Source: Mizuhopecten yessoensis (taxonomy: Eukaryota). Taken from it: DNA of 63,756 nt. Positions 26,901 to 38,121 of the stretch are shown here, in pieces. The stretch's first letter is position 1, and each line of letters opens with the position of its first letter. The notes below the pieces were generated by a model. It saw only the letters and a list, made by a program, of their open reading frames with translations. It made no database searches and was not told where the DNA came from. The stretch lies in assembly GCF_002113885.1 (NCBI RefSeq), contig NW_018407282.1, positions 494,293-558,048 of the forward strand. The letters are read 5' to 3'. The translations under genes and the position numbers were made by a program.

Positions 26901-29560
26901 CGTCCTGTCAACCGGGAACTAGTTACACCTATCCTATTGTCAACCGGGAACTAGTTATACCTACCGTCCTGTCAACCGGGAACTAGTTACACCTATCTCA
27001 CTGTTTATCGGGAACTAGCTACACCTATCTTACTATCAACAGGGAACTAGTCAAACCTATCTTACTGTCAACCGGGAACTAGTTACACCTACCGTCCTGT
27101 CAACCAGGAACTAGTTACACCTATCTTACTGTCAACCGGAAACTAGTTACACCTATCTTACTGTCAAGCGGGAACTAGTTACACCTACCGTCCTGTCAAC
27201 CGGGAACGAGATACACCTATCTTACTGTCAACGGGGAACTAGTTAAACCTATCTTACTGTCAACCGGGAATTAAATACACCTACTGTCCTGTCAACCGGG
27301 AACTAGATACACCTATCTTACTGTCAACAGGGAACTAGATACACCTATCTTACTGTCAACCGGGAACTAGATACAACTACCGTCCTGTCAACCGGGAACT
27401 AGTTACACCTATCCTATTGTCAACCGGGAACTAGTTATACCTACCGTCCTGTCAACCGGGAACTAGTTACACCTATCTCACTGTTTATCGGGAACTAGCT
27501 ACACCTATCTTACTATCAACAGGGAACTAGTCAAACCTATCTTACTGTCAACCGGGAACTAGTTACACCTACCGTCCTGTCAACCAGGAACTAGTTACAC
27601 CTATCTTACTGTCAACCGGAAACTAGTTACACCTATCTTACTGTCAAGCGGGAACTAGTTACACCTACCGTCCTGTCAACCGGGAACGAGATACACCTAT
27701 CTTACTGTCAACGGGGAACTAGTTAAACCTATCTTACTGTCAACCGGGAATTAAATACACCTACTGTCCTGTCAACCGGGAACTAGATACACCTATCTTA
27801 CTGTCAACAGGGAACTAGATACACCTATCTTACTGTCAACCGGGAACTAGATACAACTACCGTCCTGTCAACCGGGAACTAGTTACACCTATCCTATTGT
27901 CAACCGGGAACTAGTTATACCTACCGTCCTGTCAACCGGGAACTAGTTACACCTATCTCACTGTTTATCGGGAACTAGCTACACCTATCTTACTATCAAC
28001 AGGGAACTAGTCAAACCTATCTTACTGTCAACCGGGAACTAGTTACACCTACCGTCCTGTCAACCAGGAACTAGTTACACCTATCTTACTGTCAACCGGA
28101 AACTAGTTACACCTATCTTACTGTCAAGCGGGAACTAGTTACACCTACCGTCCTGTCAACCGGGAACGAGATACACCTATCTTACTGTCAACGGGGAACT
28201 AGTTAAACCTATCTTACTGTCAACCGGGAATTAAATACACCTACTGTCCTGTCAACCGGGAACTAGATACACCTATCTTACTGTCAACAGGGAACTAGAT
28301 ACACCTATCTTACTGTCAACCGGGAACTAGATACAACTACCGTCCTGTCAACCGGGAACTAGTTACACCTATCCTATTGTCAACCGGGAACTAGTTATAC
28401 CTACCGTCCTGTCAACCGGGAACTAGTTACACCTATCTCACTGTTTATCGGGAACTAGCTACACCTATCTTACTATCAACAGGGAACTAGTCAAACCTAT
28501 CTTACTGTCAACCGGGAACTAGTTACACCTACCGTCCTGTCAACCAGGAACTAGTTACACCTATCTTACTGTCAACCGGAAACTAGTTACACCTATCTTA
28601 CTGTCAAGCGGGAACTAGTTACACCTACCGTCCTGTCAACCGGGAACGAGATACACCTATCTTACTGTCAACGGGGAACTAGTTAAACCTATCTTACTGT
28701 CAACCGGGAATTAAATACACCTACTGTCCTGTCAACCGGGAACTAGATACACCTATCTTACTGTCAACAGGGAACTAGATACACCTATCTTACTGTCAAC
28801 CGGGAACTAGATACAACTACCGTCCTGTCAACCGGGAACTAGTTACACCTATCCTATTGTCAACCGGGAACTAGTTACACCTACCGTCCTGTCAACCGGG
28901 AACTAGTTACACCTATCTTACTGTCAACGGGGAACTAGTTAAACCTATCTTACTGTCAACCGGGAATTAAATACACCTACTGTCCTGTCAACCGGGAACT
29001 AGATACACTTATCTTACTGTCAACAGGGAACTATATACACCTAACTTACTGTCAACCGGGAACTAGTTACACTTATCTTACTGTCAAAAGGGAACTAGTT
29101 ATACCTACCGTCCTGTCAACCGGAAACTAGTTACACCTATCTCACTGTCAACCGGGAACTAGCTACACCTATCTCACTGTCAACAGGAAACTAGTCAAAC
29201 TTATCTTACTGTCAACCGGGAACTAGTTACACCTACCGTCCTGTCAACCGGGAACTAGTTACGCCTCCCGTCCTGTCAACCGGAAACTAGTTACACCTCC
29301 CGTCCTGTCAACCGGAAACTAGTTACACCTATCTAACTCTCAACCGGGAACTAGCTACACCTATCTTACTGTCAACCGGGAACCAGTTACACTTATCTTT
29401 CTGTCAAAAGGGAACTAGTTATCCCTACCGTCCTGTCAACCGGGAACAAGTTACACCTATCTTACTGTCAACCGGGAAGCAGTGATTACATCTTTAGTAC
29501 TCTCAATGGGGACATCATTACAGCTATGATACTGTCACCCGGGACCTTATTACAGCAACA
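17985..29560. repeat. ~11.5-kb satellite array, 32-bp monomer (CTGTCAACCGGGAACTAGTTACACCTATCTTA) with 64-bp dimer domains
   Basis: Monomer variant at ~18.0-18.8 kb; 64-bp (33+31) dimer at ~18.8-20.7 kb and ~24.46-25.45 kb; patchwork at 20.7-23.1 kb; ACTAGT-containing monomer at 23.2-24.46 kb and 25.56-29.5 kb; both edges decay gradually. Confidence 0.98.
26181..28877. repeat. 480-bp (15 x 32) higher-order repeat, ~5.6 apparently identical copies
   Basis: Sequence lines starting 26221, 26701, 27181, 27661, 28141 and 28621 are identical, as are the lines between; first difference seen at 28878. Confidence 0.95.
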
Positions 29561-29836
29561 GTACTATCGACGAGAAACTGTTAAATCTACTTTGACTTTT
29601 GTATGGTGTCTGTTCATGAAGATTCACTCTCCTTTCACGACGGCGATATACCACCCTCCTCTGATTGTGAGACCCCTACAAACACACACGTGCACCTCCA
29701 GCATGTGAGACATTATATGTGAGTGGGTTTTTTCCCCACCTTGCACCTGTTTCAGACTCTCAGTGTAAAGTATAGGAACATGAAGAAATATCGACATATT
29801 TTAACTTATTCAGTATAGGATTTCTTCTCTTCTAAG

Positions 29837-29970
29837 TTTGGTTCAAGCGCCACGTTTTGGTTAAAAACACAACATTTTGGTTGAAAAGTCTCGGTATTTT
29901 TTTAAGTCACCTTTTGGTTAAACGGTCACATTTTGGTTCAAGGTTAAAGTTTTGGTAAAAGGGTCAGCAA
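29837..29970. repeat. Degenerate ~19-bp tandem repeat with TTTTGGTT core
   Basis: tttggtt or tttggta recurs about 6 times at roughly 19-bp multiples. Confidence 0.6.
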
Positions 29971-31112
29971 GGTGACATTTCGTTCAGGAGTCTCGTATTT
30001 ATTTTGGTACCTGGTATTTTTTTTCCATATCTGGGAGGCTTTTGCAATTTATTTGACCAATAATGCTTTAATTCCAAAGATGCTCACTTGTGTTTTCATG
30101 ACAGAATTTCTTCCATACTAAAGCAGGTAGCGATGTATGTTTATAATTATTACATAAAACACAGATATTCATAGCAACGATCTCTTTAATAGACAATTCA
30201 TGGATCACGCGCTTTTGAATTAACAAGTCATTTAGAAAGTGGAAGAAACAAATACCGTTAAATTTGTTTGTCAGTGGTTTTAATCAAGAACTTAATATCC
30301 ACACGTGTTCGCTATTAAACCAGAATTTCAGTAATATGCACGGCCCTCAAACATGCTGCAAATACGTTTGGGTCACTCCTACTGCATATTATGTAACAGA
30401 ACCTCCCGCAAAATGACGAAAGATGCCAACTTGTACACCGGAGGTGTAACTTTGTGATTCATAGAAACACTTGTGCTGCTCCTTTACAGAAGCCGTTGCA
30501 TAATGCCATGAAAATCGAACAGATGCATGGACCACACCCATATTACGTCATTGGTGGGTTTTTTTTTTATTACGTCACCGGCATGCGTTAGTGATTTAAC
30601 GGACGATCCCTTTCCATTCGAAATATAATTCATTATTTATTTCGTTAAATACATTAAAATACTTTAATTTTAGTTTATTGTTATCATAATTCTCAACAAT
30701 AACAAAAAATTATGATTCCAGAGCGAATGTTGTCCGTTTTTGTCCTTCCTAACATAATTTTTCTTGTAAAAAAACATGAAGGTAATATCGGTATTCGAAC
30801 TGCAACTTCTATTTTTAGTTTTTAACTCGAGACGGACACCAACAGATTTCATTTCAAACTGTCACTCGACATAGCGCCCTATACGATTTGCAAAATTAGT
30901 TTTGGGCGATTTACAGTTCATTTATAAATATAATTTCAACCGGTTGACGGTAGGAGTTAGGATGTAATTATTTTCTCTTTGGTATGATATACGCCAATAG
31001 GTGGCGCTATTGGTGGTATTTGCACGAACAAATGGCTGGGTTGTTACCTATAGGTGTCATTCAAGCGACACATGTTACAAGAAGCACACGTGTATTTTTG
31101 AGGTTTTTGAAG

Positions 31113-31293
31113 AAAACCCAATTTTCATGATGTAATACTTACCATAACTTTAGCATGCATATACAATACCTACACCCATCTTTGTAGCCCAAAAACAAAA
31201 GATTGAAATATCCTTACCTCCCTTCCGTGACGTAACCCAAAATTCGACGACAGACCCACGGAGTGATCTCCTTTCTTCAAACCCCTTTTATGG
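31113..31293. repeat. DIRS 3' inverted terminal repeat
   Basis: atgcatatacaatacctacacccatctttgtagcccaaaaacaaaagatt...gacgacagacccacggagtgatctcc...ccttttatgg is the reverse complement of 32821-32999, with about 10 mismatches in the inner ~120 bp and more divergent outer ~45 bp. Confidence 0.93.
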
Positions 31294-31309
31294 AGCCTAA
31301 AGGCAGCCG

Positions 31310-31560
31310 GGATGAAAAGAACCTGATCATCTGAGTGGTCGTAACCGTACTTGATGACCTGACAGATCCATCTAGACACTGACTGAGAGGAGATATCCTG
31401 CTGACCCTGCTAAATGGGCAACCGGAGACAAGAGGGGTGAGAAGACAAGACATGAATCTCACTACTCCTTCGACCTGAGGCCAGGTCAATAACGAATACC
31501 ACCTTGTAGGTAACAAACTTCAAGGAGGCAGACGCTAAAGGCTCATAAGGTGCGCCCGCA
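31310..31560 (-). pseudogene. Tyrosine recombinase fragments of the DIRS element
   Basis: One frame reads APYEPLASASLKFVTYKVVFVIDLASGRRSSEIHVLSSHPSCLRLPI*QGQQDISSQSVSRWICQVIKYGYD, resembling the DIRS YR motifs PFEPL...LTxKTxFLLALASARRxSEIHALS and ISxxTISRWI...AY. The intervening LCPVRAL region and the C-terminal HxxR and catalytic Tyr are missing; one in-frame TAG at 31410-31412. Confidence 0.88.
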
Positions 31561-31644
31561 TCAGCGATTCGAGCAGAGGTCACTCTGTCCTGGATGTCGG
31601 CCTGCTCTGTCTCGGCAATCCAACCCTCAGGTAAGTCAGATACC

Positions 31645-32435
31645 CTATATAGACAAACCGTCAACAGAACTGCTTACACGTCTCCGCGAGGGAAAGACCA
31701 AACCCCAAGGATTCCACGAAGGAAAAGCCATGGGGTTAAACCCATATCCCGGAGGATAAGGGAAAGATCCCGCGGGCTGGGAGTGACCCCAGAACCTCCC
31801 CCCCCCCCCCCCAAGGTTCCCGGAAGAATGAAATTCCGGACCGGACCTAATAGGACCGGGTCCGGGTAACTGACCGGGAGAGTAAGCCTGACAAGCATTG
31901 GTGCCGGGATTAGTAAGTTGCGCGTCACTAATCCCGGTAGACACAGACAATCCCGAAAGAAAGTCTGTAGTCACACCAGGACCTGAACCCGAAAGAACAG
32001 GCCCGGCACCAAGACTGTCCCCAACGACAGTACCACCTGGAATGCCGGGATCACTGACAGAGTCCCTACCCGAAGGCAAGCGCGAACGCTTACGGGCGTT
32101 CCCGGCCAATTCCCCGCCCCTACTCCGGGGAGTTCCTGGACAGAAAGGGCCACCCCAGAGACAGTACCACCAGACCCCAGAGAGCTGGTGGCACGACCCC
32201 TACCTCTCTGTTTCCCTCGCTTACCGGAAGAAGCAGAAGAATCTCTCTTACGGCAAGTTAAGGGTAGCTTTGGAACAATGAAGTCCTTGTCCTGAGATTT
32301 AGTCTGTGAACAAAGTTCACAAGGCGAAACCTCACTGCAAGGACGACACTGGGGACAAGCATCATGAGGGTCCCGTTTCACGAAGAAATGGGAACACCCA
32401 TGAGCTGTCCCCCGTCGCTGTCCTGACCGAGACAT
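31645..32435 (-). pseudogene. DIRS ORF1 (gag-like) N-terminal part, frameshifted and truncated
   Basis: ATG at 32435 opens MSRSGQRRGTAHGCSHFFVKRDPHDACPQCRPCSEVSPCELC (C-x7-DPH-x2-C-x2-C-x2-C-x5-C-x2-C zinc-finger-like motif typical of DIRS ORF1), then Ser/Gly/Pro-rich sequence that continues in the 31645-32109 frame. Confidence 0.75.
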
Positions 32436-32820
32436 AACCTCCAAAGCGAAAGTAAACAAAGTTTACAAGCAGACAAACACGGGAAAATGATAATAAAATA
32501 CGATAGTACAAATTACGCAACGTAATATTCACCCCTGATATAAATCCGAAAACGGTTAAAATAAATAACGTTTGCTAAAACAAACAACCGTCACTGAAAT
32601 AAACAGATGTCGGAAATTAACACACAATAATGGCGGACCGCGTGGCACACCACCGGCACACGTGGAGTAAAATAACCGGCCGAAAAAGGCACAAAAATAA
32701 TTTTCAACAATAAACAATTGTATTAACAAGGGCAGATGGGTATAAGGCACACAAACTGCGCAATAAATTGAGTTGACACTTTAACAAAACCGGCAAAACA
32801 AAGTCAGCAGGCGGCAGGTG

Positions 32821-32999
32821 CCATAAAAGGAAGAGGAAGGGAGATCACTCCGTGGCTCTGTCGTCGAGATATGGGTTACGTCACGGTAGGGAGGTAGGGT
32901 TATTTGAATCTTTTGTTTTTGGGCTACAAAGATTGGTGTAGGTATTGTATATGCATACTTAAGTAATGGTAATTATTACTGAAATGAAATTAATTTTTT
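32821..32999. repeat. DIRS 5' inverted terminal repeat
   Basis: ccataaaagg...ggagatcactccgtggctctgtcgtcg...tttttgggctacaaagattggtgtaggtattgtatatgcat pairs with 31113-31293. Confidence 0.93.
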
Positions 33000-35900
33000 A
33001 AGGGGGTTTATTATATTGAGATAGATAGATTAGGAGTTATATGTTTGTGTGTGAGATGTACATTATTGTGTAATTGCGTTATTAATCCTGGTGATTGTAA
33101 ATAAACATCGGTCTGTGTCTATGTCGCAGGGAAATACAGTTTCTGTGTTCGTGTTGTTTATCCTATTGGATAATATAGAAGAGAATAAGTGTTCTACAGT
33201 TACGGAAGCAAGTTAGTTCATACTAAATAATCAGCATGCACGTCGGTGATCTCGTGTGAGTATAGGGTGACGTGGAATTTAAACAAGTCAGTGCTATAAT
33301 GTATACGTACAAAAGGTGCGTTTTGACGTCCTTCTTGTGTAAGTTATTTTCCCTGACTGATAGCAAATGGAAAACTTTTCCTCAAATTAGTTGCTAAGTT
33401 TACAAAACACCGGATCCATTGCCACAGTACGAGATTTTAATAAGGGTGACATGCTCCTGGAGATATTGAATTGCCGTTTCATTTGATGCCTTGTATGTGT
33501 ATGTGTACATCAAAATTTTGTTTTTCTGCCTGTATCGTACAAGTTACCAATGCAATGAATATATTATTGGTTTGGTGTCTTCTCTGTTTTAAATACGGGT
33601 CGCCAGACGTGTAAATAGAGCATAAACGAAAGGTTGTATTGAACTTTTCTGCCAAATAAAAAAACTCCAGTTAAACGTTTATAGAGGTTCGAATATGCAG
33701 GTTCGATTTTATGCAGACCGTGTTCATTATACAAAATAAAGCGTTACCCCCTTAAGCAATCGAAAGAACAGACAGACAATTTTGACAACAAACAAACAAA
33801 CCAACAGGTTAGCGTATAAACATACATAAACAAAGTGTGTCTTCCTGTGTTTACCCTTGTATAATGGTTTTCCCCCACCAGGTGATTCTGAAACACAGTC
33901 TCGGTCGTTTAAACCCTGCCAGTATTTCTTTTTCAGTTTTTCAAATATTCTTTCGTACAGTCGAATGGATTAATCTAACGAGACCTCTGTAAAGTCAAAA
34001 TAACTACACGCAGAACAGAAAATCCTAATCTGAAAAATCAAAAAAATAAATCGGAAAAGCTGAGTTAAATAAAAAGTCTTATCAAGCCGACAAACATTTT
34101 GAAACTTGACCCTGTGTCTGGGTCACCTGACCTCCAATAATAATCACTTATGCTAACACTGTCCAAATATGATGGATTAGGTGTCAAATAATGTTTATCA
34201 CATCATAAACGGGAAAACACGGCGACCTGAAGAAAGAGTTAGACGAATGTTCAAAGACGTGTAATTATATAATGGCGGGTAGATCGGTCACGAATTTAAT
34301 TATGGCGTCGAAGTTATATAAAGGCGTAGGTCGACAGCTAGACAGATAGGGTGGTCTTAATCGCGGACCGACACAACATCAATTTCAGTCAACATTCATC
34401 AAATCAGTCGCGCCAACAAAAACATACCGCTTTGCTTTTTTACACGACTTAAGATTGTTATTCTTGTTTCGGTTAAAGAAATAGACCGACACAGCCTGTA
34501 TTGCAATTCCAACCTACCTACAGTAACGTATACATTATATATTTTCTGTATAAGTAAATCGTCCAGAATTTTCCAATTCAAACGAAGATAGTTCTTTGTA
34601 GTTCTGTAACGTCATCGAAAAAAGTGATCTCAGCAAATGCACCGACCCACATGCCTTCGTACCGGAAGTGCAAATAGCGATATCAAAACACGAGTATGGT
34701 AATCTCGTTTTTGCAACATCTTGATCGGAAGTCAATACGATTTATCCAGGAGTCATGCGCTTTGGTAACAATTGCCGGCTGTGAATGATTTCTGTATCTG
34801 TATGCAAATCATGCGCTCCAGTGACCACAATCGCAGAACGGAAGTCCAAATGGTTATCGAATATACGCTTGAAGAATTACTTAACTTCAAACGTTTCACT
34901 GGTTACGATATGAGCATACAACAAAACTGCAATATCGTTCGTGCTTTTGTCGGTCGAACTCTTGAAAATACAATTTCCTGGCGATGTAACGAATCAAACT
35001 GACACAGATAAGCACGATTTTGACATTACATAACTCATTCTTTGCATACGTCGATAATATTTTGATCATATCGTCATATTGTACCTGTTCACATGGCCAC
35101 AATCCCCTGGAGGAGCGACATTCCATCATTTCTAATCTTTCCAATCAGAACCGCTATCCATCTTTACCAGTTTTCCCAAACAAACTTTAACATTAAAAGC
35201 TAAATAATTATGCCGTATCGGTAGGTTCTGAGATTACCCGCTGATTCCTTTGCCCGTGCAATTATGACGTGAAACGTTTAAAGTCTTTAATCAAAAACCG
35301 AGCATGCAACATTCTTTTCAAATATTTATTTTTTCATTCACTCTTTTAAACTCGGTGTTAAAGTTCACGACACCCCGTGAAAGGTTATTAGCCAATTCGA
35401 TTTTATCTGAAGACATTTTGGTCGCAAATCATGTATAGTCACAGGTGTAAGATCTACACCGTCTCATAAACGTTGGGGGAATGATCTACAGGCTCGTAAA
35501 GCATTTAGACACAATCACAAGGAACATACCGAACACATAAAAATACTGCTTTCAAATATACAAAACGTGAAAACGGTAAGGTGGAAACACGAAGAAAAAA
35601 TTAAAGAAGTACAAGTCACTTGTTTTGCGATTTATGACGATCTTAAATCATGGTTATTTATGCCAGTTAATATATTATGTTTGATCCAGTTTTGCCATTA
35701 ATGTACTCGAAGGGCAAAAAGGTTTAAAAAGCGCAGTGAAAGTATATTTTGCTTTTAACCACAGAGTGAAATGAAAAGTGTTCTTTTTGTCCGAGGTGTT
35801 TGGTGATTGTGTTGTGGACAAGTTACCATGTCATCTATATCTTGATTATGATTATTTATGCGCAGGAATGGATATAATTTGATTTACACAATCCCGTTAA

Positions 35901-36397
35901 CAATATAAAGTGTCAACAATTTGTTTTTGAAGACAGTTTTAGTACTTAATTGAGTGACACGGTTTGATAGAAGTAACTCGGTACAATTTTTTTTATAGGA
36001 ATGGTTTATATTTGCAATTGATTGCTTTTAGTTCATAATTTAGAGAAACTATTTAAGTCTTTGTTTTCTAATTTGAAATCATTCGAACGACATTCAATTT
36101 TATCTAAATGGAAGAAAAGAAGTTATTTCATTTAATGAACGTTTAACATATTTATAAAAAAAAATCATTCAAATTAAATTATATTCAATGAATATTTTCT
36201 AAATTTTAAATCCAATATGTGTTATTCACATGACAGTTTTGAGGAAGACAACATTTTAAATTTAAATCATTGTCTTTCAAAGAGAATTTCAGTCGAGGTT
36301 TCTGAAAAAATATTATTCAGGTCTGAATAAATGTACCTACATTGTGTCTTTTCTTCCAGATAGGTTCTGTGTTTACCATACCCAACGACTATATACT

Positions 36398-36740
36398 AAT
36401 GATAATAATTCGAGGTTCCTATATACCGCTTTATCACAACTTAGTTCGTAGGTCGTCTCAAAGCGGTTCACAAATTATTATCCGTGGTTATAGGGCCTTT
36501 GCAACCAGCCAATATCTTTCCCAAATCCCTGGGGAGCATACAGCCGGCGCTGCCATCCCGGCACTAACAGCGTTCAACAACTCTAGCACTGCCCACCCAC
36601 GTACTCATTTACAGCTGAGTAGACTGGAACAAGCGGAGTAAAGTATCTTGCTCAGATACACCACAGTGCCGTGTCGTGACTCGAACCCGCAACACTTTGG
36701 TCACGAGCCCGGCGTCCTACCACTACACTACCGTGCCTCC
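36398..36740 (-). mobile_element. Full-length tRNA-derived SINE with CORE/Deu-like body and L2-like 3' tail
   Basis: Minus strand: A box tagtgtagtgg, B box ggttcgagtc, then ctgagcaagatacttta (CORE-like), ctcagctgtaaatgagtac and ggctgtatgctccccaggga (Deu/Nin-like), and tail tgtgaaccgctttgagac...gataaagcggtatata...attattat. Domain labels are from recalled motifs. Confidence 0.85.
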
Positions 36741-37635
36741 TGTCGCTAACTACTTATACCTGTACAATTGCCTGTTATGGTTATCACTAAATTTCATTTG
36801 TTAACTGCACAATGACATACAGTTTGATAGCGTCTGGTTGTACATGCATAGAATGAAATCGGACTTTTATAGATACATATGTAAGTCAAGAAAGCAATTC
36901 ACCAATCTAAAAACCTAATGAAACCGTCTTTAAGAATATACAGAAATAATTACACAATAAAAAGTGAATGAAGCCCCCTCCCCCCTTCCACGCAGCACCC
37001 ACTGTACTTCGTTTTGATTTTCTTGACCTTGACGCGCTGTTTTAATCATAAAAGTGTCAAGTTAAAATATAACATATGTATATCAGGAAGACAATGATCT
37101 TCATGAAATTATGATGAATTAATTTGTTTAGGTGAGATTTTGTTGCCACGTGCGCACTTGGATCCGTGAACCTGTTTTCATCGAGGGGTTTACGTATCGT
37201 ACGAACCATCGGCACTTTCCGTAAACGTCGAAATATTTTCATATTTACGGAAATTTAAATAATTCGCTAACGGTTCATCATCAGAAACAAATACCGGTCT
37301 GATTACAATTTACAACATAAACACAACACAACTAGATTAAAAGTCAAGGTTTCGAGGGCGACCCGATACCGTCGAACGTAGTTCTGTCTGTAAACGATGC
37401 CAACTAACGGTTTGCACTGATTTACTTCCAGGGCTGGACGGCGGCAAACGGGAAAACAAAGTCTTAGGAGTTCTGGAAAGCGTGCATAGAGAAAGCTTTA
37501 TGTAGATCAGTTATGTTCCGTTCACAGTCACCATATTCCACTTAGTGTGACGTTCAGAGACCGTCATCATCAGCGATGGACACATTCTTCATATGACGTT
37601 TGCTATTAGATTACGCCTATTAGGTTTGGTTTGCT

Positions 37636-37722
37636 CTCGAGCCCGCCCGTGACCCAGTGGTAGAGGCCTAGTGATCATAGACAGATGTAAGACACCCTAA
37701 ACACTCGACCACTGCGGCCCCC
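37636..37722 (-). mobile_element. SINE 5' head fragment related to the 52485 and 57933 copies
   Basis: Minus strand ggggccgcagtggtcgagtg...cactaggcctctaccactgggtcacggg matches cactagcccgccaccactgggtcgcggg of the other copies. Confidence 0.7.
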
Positions 37723-38121
37723 ATTTTTTTAAAAAGTTTTGAATACCGTCGTCATATGTCCTTAGTTGTCGTCATACGTCCTGAGCTTAAATAAACCAAG
37801 CATTTGCGAAGATGTAAGCATTGTGTCCCGATCAATTCTTATAAAATAAAGATTAGAATCTGCGCGGTGATACCCCAATAGATTTCTTGTCTATCGCCTC
37901 AACCTATCCGGCAAAAACAGAGTCAATATATTTATCCCATAAGCATTGCTGGAGGCTTTCTGACAGTACTTTATACCAATGACAGGCTTTTGATTCAAAT
38001 TTTGGAGTGCAATTATTGCTTCATCTTTTTTCTTGTCATACAGTCTTGTCAGATGGTCTTTACTGTTGCGCAGATACAATAAACATCAAGAAAACGAGCT
38101 GTTTCCTTCCAAACGATGTGT

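Larger units (their letters stand above)
31113..32999 (-). mobile_element. Internally deleted DIRS-type (tyrosine recombinase) retrotransposon, 1,887 bp
   Basis: Imperfect ~180-bp inverted terminal repeats, a Cys/His-rich ORF1 (gag-like) start and tyrosine-recombinase fragments on the minus strand, and AAG on both flanks (31110-31112, 33000-33002). RT, RNase H and methyltransferase not recognisable. Confidence 0.9.
30950..33198 (+). mobile_element. Possible solo-LTR-like element (about 30950-31112 plus 33000-33198) split by the DIRS insertion
   Basis: Left part has tgtaattattttctct at 30963; right part has tgtaaataaac (poly(A)-signal-like) and ends agagaataagtgttctaca (TG...CA with loosely inverted ends). 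No clean target duplication found. Confidence 0.3.

Noticed and set aside
17985-29560. CRISPR-like array of ~32-bp repeats
   Set aside because: Units are head-to-tail with no unique spacers, there are no cas genes, and the context is eukaryotic; this is satellite DNA.
31550-32281. Plus-strand Pro-rich ORFs
   Set aside because: Antisense shadows of the GC-rich DIRS ORF1 region; the recognisable motifs are on the minus strand.
4240-35040. D-box (TTATGTAA) sites as extra support for clock control
   Set aside because: About seven scattered occurrences, close to chance for an AT-rich 8-mer.
34399-35144. Cluster of four short ORFs as a decayed gene
   Set aside because: Translations do not join into any motif I recognise; both strands are equally unconvincing.
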